The position numbers and the translations under genes were made by a program. Below, piece after piece: positions 27,130 to 40,374 of a stretch of 64,000 bases of DNA. The stretch is from Octopus vulgaris (taxonomy: Eukaryota). The stretch is taken from NCBI GenBank assembly GCA_951406725.2, contig OX597816.1, positions 44,578,001 to 44,642,000 on the forward strand, read 5' to 3'. Each line of letters begins with the position of its first letter. The stretch's first letter is position 1. Below the pieces are notes generated by a model, which was not told the origin of the DNA, made no database searches, and saw nothing but the letters and a program-made list of their open reading frames with translations.

Positions 27130-27335
27130 TATTGGCTTCAAGTTTTAGCACGAAGTCAACAAGTTCGGGAAAGGGGAAAGGTCGATCACATCGATCCCAA
27201 TACTTAAGTGGTACTTAGTTTATCAACGCTTGATTTATGGAAGGCAATTTCAACCTAGGCAGAACATAAGGACGATCGAAATACCGCTAACCATTTTTCC
27301 CTGAATGGTAACGATTCTGCCAGCTCACCGCCTTA
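27130..27335 (-). mobile_element. Degraded SINE family 1
   Basis: GTCGATCACATCGATCCC...GGTACTTAGTTTATC...GATTCTGCCAGCTCACCGCCTTA. Confidence 0.7.
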
Positions 27336-27385
27336 TGTACACATCTTTTAATATTAATACTGTTAAGAAGGCGACAGGCTGGCAG

Positions 27386-29955
27386 CAGTGGTGCACCTAG
27401 CTCAAGTGATGCCAGGGGTAGATGTATATTTGGCCGCCCCTTAAAAGATCTAATAATACTTCAAAAATCAAAAATGCAATAATACAGGTATATATATATG
27501 CAAAATAAGAAGACAAAGTGTAGTAACCATTTATTTCCCTCAAATTTACTGTTATTATATTTAGATACAAAAAATAATAGGAAAATATATTAAAGAATTG
27601 CAGATGAATGAATTACAAAAATAAACGATTTACAAATTGATTTTACGTGCCTTCTCTTCGCGAAATCTTGAATGACTTCATCAAAATTAATTTTGTCCGT
27701 AAGGTTGCGCTCTATGTATAGTATTGCCAAATCAGTCAACCTTGTTTGACCTATTGTTGACCTGTGGTGGTTCTTGGTGAGCTTAAGTTTAGAAAAGGAC
27801 CGTTTGCAGCTAGCAACACTAATGGCACGAGTTAGGAAGACTCTTAAAAGTAGTACAGTATTTGGCAATGAATCAATAAGAGTATATTTCTGAATAAACT
27901 GAAGAATTTGCAAAGCCCTTCTATGTCTTCAACGTCAGCAGCAGCTAAATACTTTTTCACTCTTGCCCTTCCAACCAGAAAGTAGAGAAATTTTCAAGGC
28001 TGATAGTTGATTGGCACACTGTAGCAACTCCAAACCTTTCGTTTGGAGGTACTTTAATTTCAGGAAGTATATCTCTCCAAAGGCCATAAGATGACATGAA
28101 AGAAAATGACAGCATCGCCTGAAGAATTAAATCTGCAATAGATCTCGAAGTTGCATTTTCTGCATCTTCCATCAACTGTTCTAGCGCTGCGATGATTTCC
28201 GTGAATTTTGTATATACAACTTTCACCGCATCTTCTCGACTACACCACCTCGTTTCCCCAGCCCGTTTGATAATTGCACCAGATATCTCAATCAAGATAT
28301 CCACCGATGGATGGGTTGAGGCTGAGAAGAATGAACATAAACGGTCCAATGTGCCAAAATATGTAACTGAATCTGCACCCACTGAAGATGCATGCGCAGC
28401 TGCTAAATTCAGAGAGTGATTTGTGCATGGCACAAATACAATCTCTGGATTAACTTCTGTGATGCGCGCTTGAATACCGGCTCGATGGCTTGCTATTACT
28501 GCCGCGTTGTCAAATGCCTGTCCACAACAGTATTGAATGTTAATGCCGTTCATTTCTAATTGTTTTAGAATCATTGATGTAATTTGCTTAGCAGTTTTGG
28601 CATTCGTGTCAATAAAACGAAAAAAAGGACTCTTCTACTTTTACTTCTTTCACATCTATTTCAACATAACGTAGCACCTGAGAAATTTGGTCAATATGAG
28701 AAATGTCTGGAGTACAATCAAAAATAATGCAATAGTATTTACTCAGTTTCACTTCATCGATAACTTTCTTTCCCACTTGATCTCCCACAACTTTCACAAA
28801 TTCATTCTGAATTTTTGGTGAGAAATAGGAAGTTGTAAACTTATTAATTTTTACTTCCACCAAATGTTCACGTAGCCTTGGGCCAAATTTTCCAATCAGT
28901 TGAATAAGCTCCAGAAAATTTCCTTTATTTTCATTTGCCTTCTTAACCCGAATGTGTTTTCTATGACCTCGTAAAGCTAGGTTTTGCTTAGCAAGAAATA
29001 TGATTATGTCCAAGAATCTAATCAGAATTTGCTTCCATTAGTTTGTTTCATTTTCAACAAAAGTTTCTTGTTCTTTGTCTATTACCTTGCCTTTTGCCTT
29101 TGGAAAGGCGAATTTCTAGCTCTTTTCACCGAGTGAACGCATTCTCATTCGCAGGGCTAGCAAAACATTGAGCTAACACTTGAAAATAGCTTACAACAAA
29201 AATAAAACATGACTTCTTTCTATGGAGAATATATCATCCAAGTTCTCAAGGTTTTTTTTTTCTTTGAATTCACACTCAATATTTTGCACAGCCTTCGATC
29301 CTTGTTGTACAAAGATTTCCCGAATAGCGTCACGATGATTAAACTTAGCTGGCAACATCCCAATGTCTTTCAAATTAATATTAGCGCTTTGTTCCTCAGT
29401 AGTTTGTGGTGGATCAGCATCACCAACTTCATCTTCTATCTTCCTTTCAAGTTGCACTTCATTAACAACATCATTACCATGACCTTCTACGATATTACCA
29501 GTTTCGTCTGGACGCTCGGGTCTGATAAGAAATTTAATTATGGCACCTTCATTTCGTCTTTCTTTTTTCCTCTCTCGTTTTCCCTTTTATATTCGAAATG
29601 CTGCACCACTGTCCTTCATTCGTTTCATCTCGAATTATATCAGTGATATCGTAAATTTATATGAATAAAGCCAAATAGAGTATAGACCAACCTAAAAAAT
29701 AATCAACTTTCTGAATATCATCGACACACTGTCTTATCCAGTGACATACAATATTACTGTATTAACAATATTATACTGCATGTTACGCAATATTAACACA
29801 TATAAGTTTATTGATGATAAATTTAAATTTTAAGGAAATTTTAATAGCTGCTATACATTATTAAAATCTATCATATTTATACTGCATTTTTATTAATGAT
29901 ATATTACTACAAATAAATTGTGCCGCCCCCACCTCAATCTCATGGTATGCCACTG
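27386..29955 (-). mobile_element. hAT-superfamily DNA transposon, 2570 bp, bounded by TIRs and an 8-bp TSD
   Basis: TSD GCTGGCAG at 27378-27385 and 29956-29963. Imperfect TIRs CAGTGGTGCACC and GGTATGCCACTG. GCCGCCCC subterminal motif near both ends. Encodes a hAT transposase pseudogene. Confidence 0.95.
27590..29628 (-). pseudogene. hAT transposase (ZMYM1/DUF4371-like plus C-terminal hAT dimerisation domain), frameshifted
   Basis: ORF pieces: FLAKQNLALRGH...GNFLELIQLIGK...SPKIQNE...IIFDCTPDISHIDQ (DUF4371-like); GQAFDNAA...VPCTNHSLNL...ETRW; SVASCKRSFSKLKLTKN..RST..Q.RL..LAIL.IE (dimerisation domain). N-terminus MKRMKDSGAAFR at about 29628. Stops and frameshifts lie between the pieces. Confidence 0.92.
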
Positions 29956-30380
29956 GCTGGCAGAATCCATAGCACACCGAACAAAATGCTTCGCGGCATT
30001 TCGACCGTCTGTATGTTCTGAGTTCAAATTCCGTTGCCGTCGACTTCCCCTTTTAACCTTTCGGGGTTGATAAAATCAGTACCAGTTGAGTACAGGGGTC
30101 TCTATGTAACCGTCTCTTCCGAAATTACTGGCATTGTAACAAAGATCGAAATCACTATTGATACTGTTAAGAAGGCAGTGAGCGGGCAGTATCGTTACTG
30201 CCCCGGAGAAAATGCTAAACGACATTTCTTCTGAATCTACATTCTGAATTCAAATGCCGACGTGGTAGTCTTTGCATTTCCGTGAGAACATAATAAGTAC
30301 TATTTTACTACGGGGGTCGATGTAATCTTTTTATCCCTTCCCATGAAATTGCTGGCCTTGTGCTAAAATTTTAAACCTAT
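29956..30380 (+). mobile_element. Remainder of the SINE family 1 copy interrupted by the hAT element, plus a second degraded copy
   Basis: The head begins AAGGCGACAGGCTGGCAG at 27368 and continues AATCCATAGCACACCG...GTTCTGAGTTCAAATTCCG after the hAT. The second head is at about 30171. Confidence 0.8.
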
Positions 30381-30531
30381 ATCGATACTGTTAAAGTCTT
30401 CAACACTTCTTAAGGCAATTTTCACTCACAATAAAATCTCTAATAGCTCTACATTATCACAGCAATATGAACGTATCTCTTGAAGTACGGCTAATATTCA
30501 CTTTGGCATTAAATGGATAATGAAGGAACAG

Positions 30532-30763
30532 CTTTTACTCTTTTACTCTTTTACTTGTTTGAGTCATTTGATTGTAGCCATGCTGGAGCACCGCCGTTTA
30601 GTCGAGCAAATCGACGCCAGGACTTATTCTTTGTAAGCCTAGTACTTATTCTGTCGGTCTCTTTCGTCGAACCGCTAATTACGGGGATGTAAACACACCA
30701 GCATCGGTTGTCAAGCGATGGTGGGGGGACAAACACAGACACACAAACATATACACACACATG

Positions 30764-30807
<44 letters not shown>

Positions 30808-30975
30808 TATATACGACGGGCTTCTTTCAGTTTCCGTCTACCAAATCCACTCACAATGCTTTGGTCGGCCCGAGGCTATAGTAGAAGACACTTGCCCAAA
30901 GTACCACGCTGTGGGACTGAACCTGGAACCATATGATTGGTAAGCAAGCTACTTATCACACAGCTACTCCTACGC
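30532..30975 (-). mobile_element. SINE family 2, full length
   Basis: Reverse complement of head, microsatellite and tail. Confidence 0.9.
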
Positions 30976-31400
30976 TTACAATCTCGATCTAGAATTCACT
31001 CATGGCAAACATTTAAAAGTCATATTCCGGACTTTCATTCCCCAATCACATATGAAAAACTTATTTGGTCGAATGATATAATCTTAACTTCTCTTCATTG
31101 TCAAAGTACATCTAGCACTTGAAGGAGCGAGGAATAGGAGAACAAACTATCATATAGAGCATATCCACAAAGGCATAAACTTTGAAAAACTGCGACACTA
31201 ATTTCAACTTGCTTGCAATCAAAAAGCTTAAAATATTAACTATGCCAAATAATATAATGAACAACAAAAAGAAGAAAGAGGAAATATTCTTTTATTGTTT
31301 GCATGCTTAAAATACTTAATTTGTCTTCTTTAATACATCCCCATTTCTGGGCACATTGCAACAGTAATCGAGTAGAAATATATATATATATATATATATA

Positions 31401-31800
31401 CTAGCAGTATCGCCCGGCGATGCTCGGGTTTGTAAGGGAAATAATTATATAAGCATTTTTAGAGAGTTACTTCCCTTATATAATTGCCAAAAAATGCATT
31501 AAAAATGGAAAACAAATGATGGTGAATTTTTTTTTAAATCGTTGACTCATCGTAGACATTTTTAGAGAGTTACTTCCCTTATGTAATAGCGAAAAAATGC
31601 ATTAAAAGGGAAAAAAACGATGGTAATTTTTTTTTAAATCGTAGACTCATCGTAGACGCTCGCTAATACCCAGAAGGGCTCGATATAAATCACGACTATA
31701 AGATACCCAGTTTTGGTTAAACTGCACCGCAAAATGTGGGAGTAGTTAGGAATCTAAATCGTAGGAGACAGACACACAACTTCTCTTTTATATATAAAGA
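31401..31800 (-). mobile_element. Non-autonomous Helitron inserted in (TA)n
   Basis: Minus strand starts TC(TTTATATATAAAA) and ends CCCGAGCATCGCCGGG (hairpin)...CTAG, between A and T, with no TSD. It has an internal direct duplication. A second copy lies at 41667-42058. Confidence 0.8.
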
Positions 31801-32035
31801 TATATATATATATATATAGTCATATTTTTTGCCGTAGTGCTTTCGAAGGTTTGATCATTTTGATGTTGTGGTACGAAATGTTTCCTAATTGGTTTTAAAA
31901 GGATTCCTAAATCGCATGAACGTCAGAATTCTAATTTTAGACGCTTCAGTTTCTGAGACACTCAGAAATTACAGACACTCTCCTTTACGTATTGAGTACA
32001 TTGCAAACTTTTTTTTTCAATAAAAACGTTCAGCA

Positions 32036-32093
<58 letters not shown>

Positions 32094-32099
32094 TCACAT

Positions 32100-32198
<99 letters not shown>

Positions 32199-32590
32199 CA
32201 TAATGCACTTAAGGGAATCACTTTGTAATTCTAGCCAAAATCCCTTTATAACTTTAATAAAAAAGAAAACGTAAAATGATTCTGTTAACACTTCCTTTCT
32301 TTCCAATTCGATGCTTTCGGTTTTCATTTTCACCCCTCTTACTCATTGCTTTTTATTAGTTTGCTTGTTTCTTTGTTGCTTTACTCTAATATGTCGCTTT
32401 TATAATACACATTCATTCCAATCTGTTTATACTTATTGCAATTTTTGTAAGTGTCATTCCAATAACCTAATGGAACACTAGAAATATCTATACACCAATT
32501 TTCAAGCTACATATCCGATGATCAATCTATCTATCCATCTATGTATATATATACGTATATGTCTGCGTGTGTTTGTATATATACTTTTTG

Positions 32591-32622
<32 letters not shown>

Positions 32623-33061
32623 AATATATATATACTTATATATACATTCATACACATACAAATATTTATACTTATAATATACGTACGTACATACGTGCAT
32701 ATATGAATATATGTGTGTGTACATGTGTGTGCGTGTGGCTATCTAGTACTTCAGGTAGATATTGAAAGGTACATATGTGTGTCTGTGCGTATATATAGCA
32801 GTATATATGTATGTTTGTATGTATGAATGATAGATATGTATGTATGTATGAATGATAGATAGATATATATATATATAGATAGATAGATAGTTAGATAGAT
32901 AGATAGATTGATTGACAGGTAGATTGAACTAGGCCTATATCTACCGTTATATCTCTCCATTCAACTTCTTACAAAATCTTTAACTCCTTTCTCTTCCTCT
33001 CTGTCCCATTTTCTCAGTTTTTCACTCCGTACCACTTTTTTATTTCTTGTCTTTCATTCTT

Positions 33062-33115
<54 letters not shown>

Positions 33116-33203
33116 TGTACTTGTTTGGCTTTCTATAGGCCTCTAATGTATATGTGTGTGCACACATGCATACATACGTAAATGGCAAGATGAATACATA
33201 CAC

Positions 33204-33274
<71 letters not shown>

Positions 33275-33292
33275 TGTATATACACATATATG

Positions 33293-33324
<32 letters not shown>

Positions 33325-33835
33325 CACACACATATATATGTATATATATATATGTTTGTGTATATATATATATGGATGTATATACATATATATAAATATA
33401 TATATACATGAACATATGTTTACTGATTATGGGAAACAGCTTTTATTTCACATATATTGTATTGAAGAGAAGAATCGTTTTCAATCAATGATATATCATA
33501 TTCCCATTCTAGTATTTTAGTTTTAGTTTTCAGCAATAACGCTTCTAGATCCATCCACATTTCTACATAGCGGTCATACTTCGTATATGGAGGGGTTGGG
33601 AGTGACATTTTATTTGAAGCAAGGATCTTGGGAATTTCGTTGTTACTGATGATACTATCTTCCCGGGAATGTGATATTTTGCCATTATTTTTTAGTCACT
33701 TTAAGCAGTCGGTAATGTTTGTTATATAATTATACACACACACATACACACACACAAACAAAAATAAAATAAAAGATCAGCAACTGAAAATTTATGAAAT
33801 ACTGACGAAATATTACCTATAGCTACACTAACATG

Positions 33836-34220
33836 TTGGAAGCTCTCCGTCGGTTACGACGACGAGGGTTCCGGTTGATCCGAATCAACGGAACAGCCTG
33901 CTCGTGAAATTAACGTGTAAGTGGCCGAGCACTCCACAGACACGTGTACCCTTAACGTAGTTCTCGGGGATATTCAGCGTGACACAGAGAGTGACAAGGC
34001 CGGCCCTTTGAAATACAGGTACAACAGAAACAGGAAGTAAGAGTGAGAGAAAGTTGTGGTGAAAGTGTACAGCAGGGATCACCACCATCCCTGCAGGAGC
34101 CTCGTGGAGCTTTAGGTGTTTTCGCTCAATAAACACTCACAACGCCCGGTCTGGGAAACGAAACCGCGATCCTACGACCGCGAGTCCGTTGCCCTAACCA
34201 CTGGGCCATTGCGCCTCCAC
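33836..34220 (-). mobile_element. tRNA(Arg)-like SINE family 3, full length
   Basis: Reverse complement of the 1832-2210 element. Imperfect TSD CTACAC(T/A)AACAT. Confidence 0.85.
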
Positions 34221-34313
34221 TACACAAACATACAAATACACTAAATATATTTACTGATTTCTGTTTAATGGTTGTTTAATGGTTGTTTGTGTTTAATGGT
34301 TCAAATTTTAGAT

Positions 34314-34515
34314 ATTTCATTGATGGTATCTTTCTAACAACAACATTCTAATGACCGTTGTTGTTCAATCTTGAAAGCTGCATTCTAGAAGTCATTAGGA
34401 ATTTTCAGGCAAGATATTAGTTTCAAAGACGTACAGAACTCTGATCTACAATGTAGGATTCCTCTGACTGTAATGCACTTGTTGTAGCACACTAGCCACG
34501 TCGTGGAGATCCTAT
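34314..34515. repeat. Unclassified dispersed repeat, copy 1 (copy 2 at 39354-39553)
   Basis: ATTTCATTGATGGTATCTTT...GTAGCACAC(T)AGCCACGTCGTGGAG(A/G)TCCTATG is shared over about 200 bp in direct orientation. Confidence 0.8.
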
Positions 34516-34557
34516 GGGAGTCTTCCAATGTGAAGGTGTTTAGAGCCTTTGTTACAG

Positions 34558-34890
34558 CCGCAGGAGTGGCTGTGTGGTAAGTAGCTTGCCTACCAACCAC
34601 ATGGTTCTGGGTTCAGTCCCACTGCGTGGCATCTTGGGCAAGTGTCTTCTGCTATAGCCTCGGGCCGACCAAAGCATTGTGAGTGGATTTGGCAGACGGA
34701 AACTGAAAGAAACCTGTCGTATATATGTATATATATATATATATATGTGTATGTATATGTTTGTGTGTCTGTGTTTGTCGCTCTAGCATTGCTTGACAAC
34801 CGATGCTGGTGTGTTTACGTCCCCGTCACTTAGCGGTTCGGCAAAAGAGACCGATAGAATAAGTTCAAAAGAGACCGATAGAATAAGTTC
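34558..34890 (+). mobile_element. SINE family 2, 3'-truncated
   Basis: GCAGGAGTGGCTGTGTGG...CAAAAGAGACCGATAGAATAAGTTC; the last ~25 bp are duplicated. Confidence 0.85.
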
Positions 34891-34894
34891 ATTC

Positions 34895-35330
34895 TTGAAC
34901 TTCTTGTGCCAGCGAAGAAGTTAATCCATGAGACATCTGGAGCATTTTATAAATTTCCCTAATGGATTTGCCAAGTTTAACACAAAATTGTATTGCATAG
35001 CGAGCTTCCAAACGTCCTGGCTATATTCTGCAGGCTAGTCAGCTGTGACTAAACAGGAAACTTTGCATATATATTCTACGCATGTCCAGATCTTCATGAA
35101 GTGATGTTACAGTCATCTTCAATCTGTATAAATACACGACGGCTTTCAGCGAGAAAAGTATTTTCTCACCCAGCTTTGTTGTTATGACGTACCGCTTCAT
35201 CCCATGCCTGTCACCAGCTCTCGAGAGAACTTCTTGTGCCACGAAGAAGTTATCCATACATTGGAGCATTTTATAAATTTCCCTAATGGATTTGCCAAGT
35301 TTAACACAAAAATTAGCGAGCTTCCAAATA
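34895..35330 (-). mobile_element. Two tandem decayed mariner transposase N-terminal fragments
   Basis: LEARYAIQFCVKLGKSIREIYKMLQ...WHKKF and, in the other copy, FCVKLGKS...LHEDLDMRRI. Direct duplication of 34897-35011 at 35227-35328. Confidence 0.7.
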
Positions 35331-35686
35331 ATGCAGGACTGTTATAATTGCCTGTAATAACTCTGCTTGAGAGACGTTTAGTAATTATATATAATTACAA
35401 TAATGCAGGACTGTTATAATTGCCTCTCCTAAAAATAATCTCAAAACATTGGAATGCGCCTCATGCAACGTCGAGATAAAAGTAACTTTGCTAATAACGT
35501 GGCAATGATAGAGATTCTAGTTGCTAGTTGACCCACCGAGAATTTTTGTAAAATTTCTCGTCAAAGTGTACACCACCATGTTCATAAGTAGGAACATATC
35601 TGCAGTTCTAGATGTGCAATACATGATAGAATGACAGGACTGTCATAGTTTGAAAGCTTTGGTTCACAAGCGTTAAAGCTTTATAA

Positions 35687-35776
35687 CACTGGAATTCTCT
35701 TTGTCTAGATGCTATTTTTTTCCTGCATTTATAAATGCAGGAAAAAAATAACATCTAGACAAAGAGAATTCCAGTG
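35687..35776. repeat. 90-bp near-perfect palindrome with no spacer
   Basis: CACTGGAATTCTCTTTGTCTAGATGCTATTTTTTTCCTGCATTTA|TAAATGCAGGAAAAAAATAACATCTAGACAAAGAGAATTCCAGTG, one mismatch. Confidence 0.95.
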
Positions 35777-35859
35777 ATACGATGTTTTATGTACGAAAGG
35801 ATGGGCGGCGTTGTGCTTAGCGTGTCATATGACTGAAGTAAAGAAGTGAAACAAGTAGC

Positions 35860-36350
35860 TTCCATTGACTTGAGTGCTGCTTCGTTTCTGGGTCGTAGCC
35901 GTGGCATCAGCTTTCGTCACCAATGATGACCATCAAGAAAAGGTTCGGATCAACTTCCAATTGTTCTTTCAGTTCACGACACGCATTCAGTCGTGACTGC
36001 TTTTGATCTTTCAAGAAAAAGAGAAGCACAAATTTTGCTGCAACACTTTTCATTCGCAATTCATCGCTCAAAATTCGATGGGAGCAGCTCCAGGACACAC
36101 CAGTCATATCAACAAGTTCTTTAGTTGTTCGGCGAACGGTTCTTCTAGATCTCCTCATGAATTTTCGTGATGTGTTCATTCGTTCGGGATGGTGGGAGGT
36201 GCCGGTCTCCCTGAACGAGGTTGGTCTTCGAACAACATACGGCCATTACTACAGCGTGAAAGCCACTCGTAAACCTGTGTTTTGCTCATCGCAGCGTCCT
36301 TGTAACTTGTTTGAAGCATGACACCTATTTTGGCCGCAGTTTTATGAACG
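35860..36350 (-). mobile_element. Mariner transposase fragment (N-terminus to first catalytic Asp)
   Basis: AMSKTQVYEW...EDQPRSGRP...HRILSDELRMKSVAAKFV...IIGDES*CHGYDPETKQHSSQWK, matching the mariner TGDESW.Y.YDPETK motif. Confidence 0.9.
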
Positions 36351-36458
36351 ATTTAACGAAATGCTAATTGCGTATACTAAGAATTGATATAAACATCTTG
36401 GCGCAATGTAATATCATAAAGGAAATATTTAATCCTCACTAGATGTGACTATATATAT

Positions 36459-36690
36459 ATTTCTTTACTACCCACAAGGGGCTAGACACACAGGGGACAA
36501 ACAAGGACAGACAAACGGATTAAGTCGATTACATCGACCCCAGTGCGTAACTGGTACTTAATTTATCGACCCCGAAAGGATGAAAGGCAAAGTCAACCCC
36601 GACGGAATTTGAACCCAGAACGTAACGGCAGACGAAATACGGCTACGCATTTCGCCCAGAGTGCTAACGTTTCTGCCAGCTCGCTGCCTT
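36459..36690 (-). mobile_element. SINE family 1, full length
   Basis: Full consensus. TSD ATGTGACTATATATAT on both sides. Confidence 0.9.
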
Positions 36691-36971
36691 AAATGTGACT
36701 ATATATATGTGTGTGTGATTTTGTATTTCTCACCGCTTGCATTTGGAGGTTTCAAAAGAATTGCGACCAGATGCGATCAGTAATACAGGTACCAAAATCA
36801 AAAACTGATACTGTGATTCATTAGATCAGTTAAACTATTCACGGCGGTTAATCAGCATAACTGGTCGCAAGCTAGTAAAACAGCATATGCGTGTTTGTGC
36901 TTATCTCTGTATGCATGTGTGTTAACTGTTGAATTCAGATCTCACTGATGTCAAATTTTCTAAAACTCCTT

Positions 36972-37014
<43 letters not shown>

Positions 37015-37204
37015 ACTCTCTCTCTCACTCTCTCTCTCTCTCTCTCTCTCTTTTCTGCTTCTCTCTTGTTGAAGAAAATGGCTGAAGTCACACATGGAGA
37101 CCAAAGTGCTCCACTAGATTCAAAACGGAGTACATAATCTGTATATGTATACATTCAAAATGTATATATATACATTCAAAATGTATATATATACATTCAA
37201 AATG

Positions 37205-37395
37205 TGACCGCGTGTATACCGTTGGCGATTTTTTTTCCTCCGTCTTCCCTTCTCTGGATCTTTCCTTTTCCTATGTTTCTGACGAAGAGCTCCGCTCGAA
37301 ACGTTAATCCCTCCTTCTTTCCTGAGCGTCCAATAATACCATACTTGTTCCACGTCGTCGCGTTGTGTCTTCTCTTTGTGTTTTCATGTTTGGAT

Positions 37396-37399
<4 letters not shown>
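37205..37399 (+). mobile_element. Short Penelope-like element with a canonical minimal hammerhead core
   Basis: 37275-37309: GUUU-CUGACGA-A-GAGC(UCC)GCUC-GAAACGUU-AAUC. The downstream TTCCTGAGCG...TAATAC is shared with the 13093 element. Ends at (TA)n. Confidence 0.7.
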
Positions 37400-37456
<57 letters not shown>

Positions 37457-38327
37457 CAACGGCTACCGTCGGAGCTTATAAGAGTTAAGGCTGAATATAT
37501 ATATATATATATATATATATACATTTTATATACTTATATGTGTCGAGTGAGTGTGTCTATGTGTGTGTGCCTATATGTGTACCTCTATGTGTGTGCCTCT
37601 ATGTGTATGTGTGTGTGTGTGTGTATATATCTTAACTTTGTGTCGCTGTTACCCCCTCGAGAATAATGTAGGAACAGGTACGTTGAGAGTGTAGCGTCAC
37701 GAAGGTATGGCGGCACGCGTTATTTGTATAAAGCCGAATCAAAAATGCAACCAAAAATAATAACATTAACATAAAACAATAAAATGTAAAACAACAAAAA
37801 TAAATAAATAAATGAACAAATAAAACACATACCATATAACACAACAACAAAAACACAAACAAAACAAAGCAACACAATGCATTATAGTAATTGAATTCAG
37901 TATATCAAATGAACCCTTTTCCACAAGTTTACAGTTTAATAATGCATTACATGACTAGAGCTAGTTGAAGCTAAACTGGAAAACAATATGGACTTTCTTT
38001 TATTTCATTGTGTTCTTTCTTTTAGATTTTTTTTCTCTGTTTGGCTTTTATTTTTTATTTTATTTTATTTTATTTTATTTTATCTTATTTTACTTTTTTT
38101 TTGTTTCGTTTTTGCTTTTTTTTCTCCATCACCCGTTCTGTGATATTGCACATTGATGTTCGTATTGCTATTGCAATATCTACTTCAATTATTTTACCCC
38201 TCGCACCAACCAACACCACCACTTCACTGCCATCCTCACCATACTCGTGCATACGTATCACACGATGAAGAGACAAGAGAGTATCGGAGATTAAGAAGTA
38301 ACGCGCATAAAGAATATGCATACATGC

Positions 38328-38364
<37 letters not shown>

Positions 38365-38719
38365 TATACATATATATACACATATATATATACACACATA
38401 TATATAGGTATATATATATAGATACACATATATATATATACATACATATATATATATACACATATATAGAGAGACACATATATATAAACATACACACACA
38501 CACACACACATATATACATATATACATATATATATACATATATATATATATAGATACCCACATACATATATATACATATATATACATATAAATACATATA
38601 TACATATATATACATATATATACATATATATACATATATATATACATATATACATAGATACATATATATACATATATATATATATTCATTTATATACATA
38701 TAAATACCTATAAACATAC

Positions 38720-38783
<64 letters not shown>

Positions 38784-39154
38784 TATATATATATACCTCT
38801 GTGTAGTAGAGAACTAATACAATAAGTGAGTGTATGATGACACTATCGAAACACTGAATTCTTTCGCTACCGAGAAATATATTTTCACTTTACTTGTTCT
38901 TATTACTTCCCAATATTCTCGTTTCTTTGACTTGTCATCGTCGTGTTCCTATTCTTGTCTTCTTTTCATCTTCGTTCGGTTTCGAATTTGCTTAACTGTC
39001 TCCATGTTTCTTTGAGAGCGTTTTTTCATTTCGCGAAAAAATATACATCTTTGTGCATAGCTACACAACACACAAGCGCGCTCACATACACACGTACATG
39101 CATGCATACATACATGCATACACTCAAACACACTCATGCACACACAAACACACG

Positions 39155-39194
<40 letters not shown>

Positions 39195-40374
39195 GAGGTA
39201 TATATATATATATTGATATTTATTACAAATTAGTCTTCCACTAACGCTTTTGTTACTACTTTTACCATCACTACTACTACTACTACTACTACTACTACGA
39301 ATACTACTACTACTGCTACTTCGTATACTACCTGTTGATTTCTTACCTTTATAATTTCATTGATGGTATCTTTAACAACAACATTCTAATGACCGTTGTG
39401 GTTCAATCTTGAAAGCTGTATTCTAGAAGTCGTTAGGAATTTCCAGGCAAGTTTTTAGTTTGAAAGAGGTACAGAACTCTGATCTACAATGTAGGATCCT
39501 CTCACTGTAATGCACTTGTTGTAGCACACCAGCCACGTCGTGGAGGTCCTATGTTAATTTTTAAATATATGTAACTATTATATCCATTTGTTGGTTTTTT
39601 ATCTCCTTAGACGAGGTGTGTCAATTTTCTTTTTAATTGTTAGTGTGACCGAAAAGAAAAGAAAATGGAAACCGGGAGGAAATTATTATCAAAAGACAAA
39701 ACAAAGAATATAAGCTACAATGTTAGTCGCAGACAGAATAATTTCACTGCTTAGGGTCTGATAAAATTAAGTACCTATCAAATACTTAAGGACTAAATAA
39801 TTGACCATATGTGAAGCGTTCCTCCATTGTGACATGCCAACGTGTTTCACTGCTCCTACTTCAAGGAAGCGAGATACCTCGCGGTATTCATTTTGGATGC
39901 TTAGTTCCTGACTTCAGTATCACCGAGGTTAACTTTACCTTTCACACTTCCATGGCTGCTAAACAAGATGATAACACCTAAAACTTTTGTCGATATCGAG
40001 CGTGTTTGTGGTACACAGGACAAAGTAAAGACTGTCTTGGTACTTCACTTAGGGCAGTACAGGCCGTTGTAAACTTAATACCATAACAATTGTTAGCAAC
40101 TTTATAACGGCCTATTGTGCGGTGATATTACTATCATGACAAAGGCAATATGCAACGAGCCAGCGAGAAGACTTCCACCTGGTTACTCGACCTGCGAGAA
40201 AATGTAGCCAAATCTTCCCCAAATCATACACTGCCGTGTTAAATAAAGAATGGTACGTCAACCAATTTAGCTCTTGCAATAACGTATGGGAGGTAGCAAT
40301 TATGTTATATAAATGATCGTTAATTATTAAGGATTACAGTTGCCCTAGATCTGTCCGAATTATTTATATTATAG

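Noticed and set aside
37078-37137. Plus-strand mini-ORF MAEVTHGDQSAPLDSKRST* after a (CT)n tract
   Set aside because: Only 19 codons with no homology. The pyrimidine tract is a microsatellite, and the strand is opposite to the better exon candidates.
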